Shown here: positions 60,113 through 64,000 of the stretch, one piece after another | Layout: the number at the start of each line of letters is the position of its first letter | How positions within the stretch are numbered: the first letter of the stretch is position 1 | DNA from: an uncultured Spirochaetota bacterium | GTDB taxonomy: Bacteria > Spirochaetota > Brevinematia > Brevinematales > JAOACQ01 | Assembly: GCA_963783575.1 (NCBI GenBank) | Contig: CAWAOD010000009.1 | Span: 448,001 to 512,000 of the forward strand | DNA length: 64,000 nt | Direction: 5' to 3' | Notes under the pieces: model-generated | What the model saw: the letters and a program-made list of their open reading frames with translations, nothing else | Told to the model about the DNA's origin: nothing | Databases searched by the model: none | Translations under genes and position numbers: made by a program

Positions 60113-60314
60113 ATAGCTGAAGGGAAATCAAGAAATACAAATAAGGAATTCTTACAGTTTCTTTATATTACAAGAGGATCATCAGCGGAAGTTGAAACAA
60201 GTTATTTTTATCTAAAGAAATTGGATTCATAGAAGAAAAAGATTATCTTATAATTTCATCACAATGTGAGGAAGTTGGAAAGTTATTGAGTGGTTTAATT
60301 AATTCAATATCAAA

Positions 60315-60357
60315 TAAGTCGCTAGTTGCTAGTCACTAATCTTTAGCTAGCGACTAT
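60315..60357. repeat. Right heptamer array of the four-helix-bundle cassette
   Basis: taagtcg ctagttg ctagtca ctaatct ttag ctagcga ctat; CTAGCGACTA (60347-60356) is the reverse complement of TAGTCGCTAG (58233-58242). Confidence 0.75.
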
Positions 60358-60368
60358 ACGGAGGTTTT

Positions 60369-61619
60369 ATGATAGGTAGAATAACACAGGGATACATGGT
60401 TAATGATTTTAATTCCAATTTAAATGCAAGGGAATCCGACTTGCAGAATGTCCAGAAACAGCTTTCAAGCGGATACAGGGTCAATCTTCCAAGTGAAGAT
60501 CCTGTTGCGGCCATCAATTATATGGATTATGACAGCAGGCTGAAAGAAATAGGTACATATAAAAACATTGTAAATACAATGAAAAGTAAAATCGATCTGA
60601 CTGATTCCGCTCTGGACAATGCGACATCAATCATACAAAGACTTCGTGAACTGGCGGTCCAGGGAGCAAACGGGACTTACACAAAAGAAGACAGGACAAA
60701 TATGGCGACTGAAGTTGATCAGCTTCTGAGAGAATTGCTACAGATCGCCAACTCAAATTACAAGGGGAACGCTCTTTTCGGTGGGACAATGACCGATGAG
60801 ACCCCGTTTAAAGCCAATATTCAAATGAACAGGGAAACGGGCCAGGAGTTTCTGGAGGATGTTCGTTATATTGGCAATAATCAGACCCAGATTTCAGAAG
60901 TAGACAGAGGAGAAAAGGTTGAAGTTACTCAGCCGGGAAACCAGGTGTTCTGGGCAGATAATATGACAATAAATTCAACTTTATCCGTTTCCGGATATAC
61001 CGCACCTTCGGACTCAAAAATATTAGTGGATGGAGTCGAGGTTGCAATTAATGCAGGGGATAATCTGGATGTAATAGCCAATAAAATAAATCATTCGGGC
61101 GCAGCAGTGAGCGCTACAATTATGACTGAAAACGGAGCGAGCTATTTCACCCTCGAATCAACATCGCCGCATCAAATTTCGCTTATGGACTATGAAGGAA
61201 GTTCAGTTCTGCAGGATTTAGGCATGGTTGATCATGGAATGTATCCTCCCTATAATTATTCTCCTGCTGCCAGAGTATACACGGGCAGCATTTTCGATGT
61301 GATGATCGGATTCAGAAAATCACTTCAGAAAGATGATACCTTCCAGATTGGAGGAACGGCCCTTGCCGGGATAGATAACTCGCTGTCAAACATTCTTAAA
61401 TTCAGGGCGCATATTGGCTCTGTTTCTCAAAGGCTTGACACGATTACTGAAAGATTTATGAGCGATGAAACTTACCTTACAGATGCAAAGCAGAATTCCA
61501 TAGGGACCGATATAGCAAAGGCTATGATGGAGTTGAAAATGTTTGAATTTTCCCATGATATTGCACTTAATATAGGCGCAAGGATTTTGCCCAAGACTTT
61601 GCTTGATTTTCTTCGTTGA
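60369..61619 (+). CDS. flgL: Flagellar hook-associated protein FlgL
   Basis: LSSG.RV..PS.DPVAA, RELAVQGANGTY, LFGG, TLLDFLR. Confidence 0.93.
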   Translation: MIGRITQGYMVNDFNSNLNARESDLQNVQKQLSSGYRVNLPSEDPVAAINYMDYDSRLKEIGTYKNIVNTMKSKIDLTDSALDNATSIIQRLRELAVQGANGTYTKEDRTNMATEVDQLLRELLQIANSNYKGNALFGGTMTDETPFKANIQMNRETGQEFLEDVRYIGNNQTQISEVDRGEKVEVTQPGNQVFWADNMTINSTLSVSGYTAPSDSKILVDGVEVAINAGDNLDVIANKINHSGAAVSATIMTENGASYFTLESTSPHQISLMDYEGSSVLQDLGMVDHGMYPPYNYSPAARVYTGSIFDVMIGFRKSLQKDDTFQIGGTALAGIDNSLSNILKFRAHIGSVSQRLDTITERFMSDETYLTDAKQNSIGTDIAKAMMELKMFEFSHDIALNIGARILPKTLLDFLR

Positions 61620-61726
61620 TAGATTTATATAAGAATAAATAATTATTAAATTTTTGTCTGTTAATAAAATAAATAAGTGAAAACCTTGAAAAATTTCTGT
61701 AAAGATACTAAATTATTAGGGTAAAA

Positions 61727-62206
61727 ATGGAGGCACCTGTGGAAACGATTAAGACCAAAGCTTACGGAGAGATTACTGTTGCAGAGGACAGTGCGATCTA
61801 TTTTAAAAGGGAGATTCTCGGTTTTGAGAACAACCGTTACTATTATTTAATCGAGATGGGAGATCTACCGAATTTTTATTGGCTGCAGTCGAAAGAAGAG
61901 CCTGAATTGGCTTTTATTGTCGTAAATCCAAGGCTTTTTATTTCAAATTACATTTTGAACATAGATGATATTGATATTGGCCTTCTGGAATTGGATGAAG
62001 GCGATGAAATGGTTGATTTCGCAATCGTTAATATTCCAGAAGACATCAATAAAATGACGATGAACCTTTTGGGACCTATAGTAATCAATGTTAAGAAGAG
62101 GATTGCTATACAGGGAATATCAACAAATAATGAATACGGGACAAAAGTTCTTATTTTTAGCGCAGAAAATGAAGCGTTTCAAAAAGAACAGGCAAAAGCG
62201 GGATAA
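61727..62206 (+). CDS. fliW: Flagellar assembly factor FliW
   Basis: I.F...ILGFE, F.WLQS...PELAF.V.NP, T.NLLGP.VIN. Confidence 0.9.
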   Translation: MEAPVETIKTKAYGEITVAEDSAIYFKREILGFENNRYYYLIEMGDLPNFYWLQSKEEPELAFIVVNPRLFISNYILNIDDIDIGLLELDEGDEMVDFAIVNIPEDINKMTMNLLGPIVINVKKRIAIQGISTNNEYGTKVLIFSAENEAFQKEQAKAG

Positions 62207-62230
62207 AAATTTAATCGGGGAGAAAAAAAA

Positions 62231-62467
62231 GTGCTGGTTTTATCAAGAAAAGAAGATGAATCCATTATTATAAATGATAATATTGAAATAAAAATAATAG
62301 GTATCAAACAAGATCAGGTAAAAATTGGCATTGTTGCCCCAAAAGATGTTAAAATATTCAGGAAGGAAATTTATGAGGAAATTCAAAAAGCAAATATTGC
62401 CGCCGCCGGAACTACTTTGAAAATTGGCGATCTAAAGGATGCTTTATCCAAAAAGGAAAATAAATAA
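62231..62467 (+). CDS. csrA: Carbon storage regulator CsrA
   Basis: MLVLSRK.DESI.I.D.I.I......QVKIGI.AP..V.I.R.EIY. Confidence 0.95.
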   Translation: MLVLSRKEDESIIINDNIEIKIIGIKQDQVKIGIVAPKDVKIFRKEIYEEIQKANIAAAGTTLKIGDLKDALSKKENK

Positions 62468-62476
62468 GGGGGTAAT

Positions 62477-62698
62477 ATGATCAGCAGGGAAAAAATGGAA
62501 ATGCTTAAGTACTATAATAAAGGATTGGATCTTTACAGGAATAGAAAATTTACAGAAGCCAGGGATTTATTCCGGAAATGCCTGGAACTTGTTCCCGATG
62601 ACGGCCCCTCGCAGATATATATTGAAAGATGCGATGTATTTATTTCTTCACCGCCTCCTGAGGATTGGGACGGTGTTTTTGTTATGACAAGTAAATAA
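62477..62698 (+). CDS. Small stand-alone TPR protein resembling the C-terminal tail of class III nucleotide cyclases
   Basis: Y..GL.LY....F..A...F...L...P.DGPS..YI.RC.....PP.DWDGV.....K. Confidence 0.65.
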   Translation: MISREKMEMLKYYNKGLDLYRNRKFTEARDLFRKCLELVPDDGPSQIYIERCDVFISSPPPEDWDGVFVMTSK

Positions 62699-62714
62699 TT
62701 TAAGGAGTTCTTTT

Positions 62715-63071
62715 ATGCCTCAAAATATTGATCCTTACAGGGATTATCCCACAACCACAACACTCAGCGGTACGACTTTATTCGATGGAGTTATGAAGTT
62801 TAAAAATTCTTTACGAATAAACGGAGATTATAACGGCAAGGTGGATGCTATAGGTATTCTTGTTTTAGGACCCGCCTCAAAACTTAAGGGTGATATTGTC
62901 TGTGATGAAGTGATAATAGGCGGAGAGGTCCACGGGAATGTATACGCACGTAAAAGACTTGAATTGCTTGAAACTGCTAAACTTTACGGCGATATTAAAA
63001 CAACGAAACTTAAAATTGCCGATGGTGTTGTTTTTGAAGGTAAATGCGAAATGCTTCAGACAAAACAATAA
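62715..63071 (+). CDS. Bactofilin (polymer-forming cytoskeletal protein)
   Basis: LRING...G, G.V.GN..A...LEL...A.L.GDI.T..L.I..G..FEG.C.M. Confidence 0.85.
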   Translation: MPQNIDPYRDYPTTTTLSGTTLFDGVMKFKNSLRINGDYNGKVDAIGILVLGPASKLKGDIVCDEVIIGGEVHGNVYARKRLELLETAKLYGDIKTTKLKIADGVVFEGKCEMLQTKQ

Positions 63072-63178
63072 AACCGTTTAACTTATTGACAGAATGCTAT
63101 TTTGTATTTAAAATGTCTGTTGAATTAAAATATAATTTGAATGATTCTGACTGCTGTTAATTGAAAAGGAGAGTAAAT

Positions 63179-63517
63179 ATGGTGGATGTAACAAAAAAGG
63201 GTGATGTAGTTTTACTGAAAGTGTCAGGCAGGCTGGAGATAAACCAGGCTCTTGAACTGGAAGAAATTATAAATAATCATATAAATAACGGCAGTAAATA
63301 TTTTGTATTCGATCTGGGCGACGTACATTACCTGAGCAGCAGCGGGATACGTGTTTTTATAGCTACATTAAGGCAGTTGAAGGATTTAAAAGGGAGAATG
63401 ATTCTAAGTAATTTAAGTTCGAATGTTATTAAAACCCTGAAGATCGTGGAACTTGACGGTCTTTTTGAAATTATCAACAATGCCGATGATGCAGTGAAGG
63501 TAATGAAGCCCGAATGA
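63179..63517 (+). CDS. STAS-domain anti-sigma factor antagonist
   Basis: SGRL, DL..V.YLSSSGIRV; likely start ATG 63179 (AGGAG); TTGACA-N17-TAAAAT at 63086-63114. Confidence 0.85.
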   Translation: MVDVTKKGDVVLLKVSGRLEINQALELEEIINNHINNGSKYFVFDLGDVHYLSSSGIRVFIATLRQLKDLKGRMILSNLSSNVIKTLKIVELDGLFEIINNADDAVKVMKPE

Positions 63518-63927
63518 GTTATCGTTTTCTGATGGCGCTCACCGGTTTAATAATCGTAGTGGGTTCCGGATCGATGTGGCTGTATTATAATATTTTATTA
63601 AAAAAGAAGTTACTGCAAAACCTTCTTTCCCTGCCTAAGGGAAGAAGGTTTTTTTGGTATAGGCTCAGAAAAAGCGGTTTTGAAGTAATTTCGCAAAATC
63701 TCTTCAAAAAATATTCTCTTTGCGTGGGCGGAGTAGTAAAAAGCTATTCACTTAAAGCGGATTTTCTTGTAAAAAGAAAAGGTAAAAGATATATTGGACT
63801 TTATGCCGGCGAACTTGAAGAAAAAGAGTTTCTTATGCTTTTTTTTTCTTACAGCAGGGTTTTCCATACCCATGGCGTTATTTTTTACAATGATATTTTA
63901 AGAAAATTTATTCTTTGGGAAGTCTGA
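63514..63927 (+). CDS. Hypothetical protein with N-terminal TM helix
   Basis: ATGA overlap with the STAS gene; L...GF.V, ADFLV pattern. Confidence 0.55.
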   Translation: MSYRFLMALTGLIIVVGSGSMWLYYNILLKKKLLQNLLSLPKGRRFFWYRLRKSGFEVISQNLFKKYSLCVGGVVKSYSLKADFLVKRKGKRYIGLYAGELEEKEFLMLFFSYSRVFHTHGVIFYNDILRKFILWEV

Positions 63928-63928
63928 T

Positions 63929-64000
63929 ATGCAGAATATTGCCCTTCTTGGAGCGACAGGTTCTGTAGGAAAATCTGTTCTTGATGTTATAAGGAATTAC
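63929..64000 (+). CDS. dxr: 1-deoxy-D-xylulose 5-phosphate reductoisomerase, N-terminus only
   Basis: MQNIALLGATGSVGKSVLDVIRNY matches the Dxr LG.TGS.G...LDV start. Confidence 0.75.
   Translation, partial: MQNIALLGATGSVGKSVLDVIRNY

Larger units (their letters stand above)
58273..60339 (+). pseudogene. Four helix bundle protein (23S rRNA IVP / Avd-like family), interrupted by an IS and two one-base deletions
   Basis: Reconstructed MRSY(K)DLLVWKKSIELVKLIYEITKKFPDNEKFGLFNQMRRAAVSMPLNI|AEGKSRNTNKEFLQFLYITRGSSAEVET(Q)LFLSKEIGFIEEKDYLIISSQCEEVGKLLSGLINSISNKSLVASH*. Confidence 0.9.

Noticed and set aside
58273..60339. Diversity-generating retroelement suggested by the Avd-like fold
   Set aside because: No reverse transcriptase and no template/variable repeat pair seen in the window.
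63514..63927. PD-(D/E)xK nuclease-like pattern in the TM hypothetical protein
   Set aside because: The ExK motif is absent; the similarity is too weak to claim.
1..64000. CRISPR array, rRNA, prophage, and the many short antisense or alternate-frame ORFs in the track
   Set aside because: No regularly spaced repeats, rRNA-like tract or phage genes seen; the short ORFs are shadows of well-supported genes.

Overview
AT-rich bacterial chromosomal window, probably from an anaerobic spirochaete (inferred from the flgN-flgK-flgL-fliW-csrA block and protein styles). Housekeeping content includes queH, valS, lepB, argJ-argC-recA, fhs, rluD, pncB-pncA, moxR, the start of dxr, and tRNA-Cys(GCA), tRNA-Leu(TAA) and tRNA-Ala(CGC). 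There are also two paralogous surface lipoproteins, four c-di-GMP enzymes, an SPFH/Tim44/TerB pair and several decayed genes. Highlights: (1) a marR-hgcA-hgcB mercury-methylation operon whose promoter is overlaid by two tandem palindromic operators; (2) a four-helix-bundle (23S-IVP/Avd-like) gene cassette flanked by 7-bp repeat arrays, inserted between flgK and flgL and broken by a complete IS1182-family element, with an apparent internally deleted relative between tRNA-Cys and tRNA-Leu and a possible empty 8-bp-array site at 52.6 kb; (3) a small palindromic repeat family (TTRACAAGC-N5-GCTTGATC, 3 copies), one copy inside an element inserted in a terminator loop; (4) a sigma28 promoter plus two CsrA-type sites in the flgN leader; (5) apparent pseudo-enzymes (HypF-like, SerB-like). 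Four otherwise intact genes have single frameshifts that may be sequencing errors. All calls come from manual reading; no searches were run.
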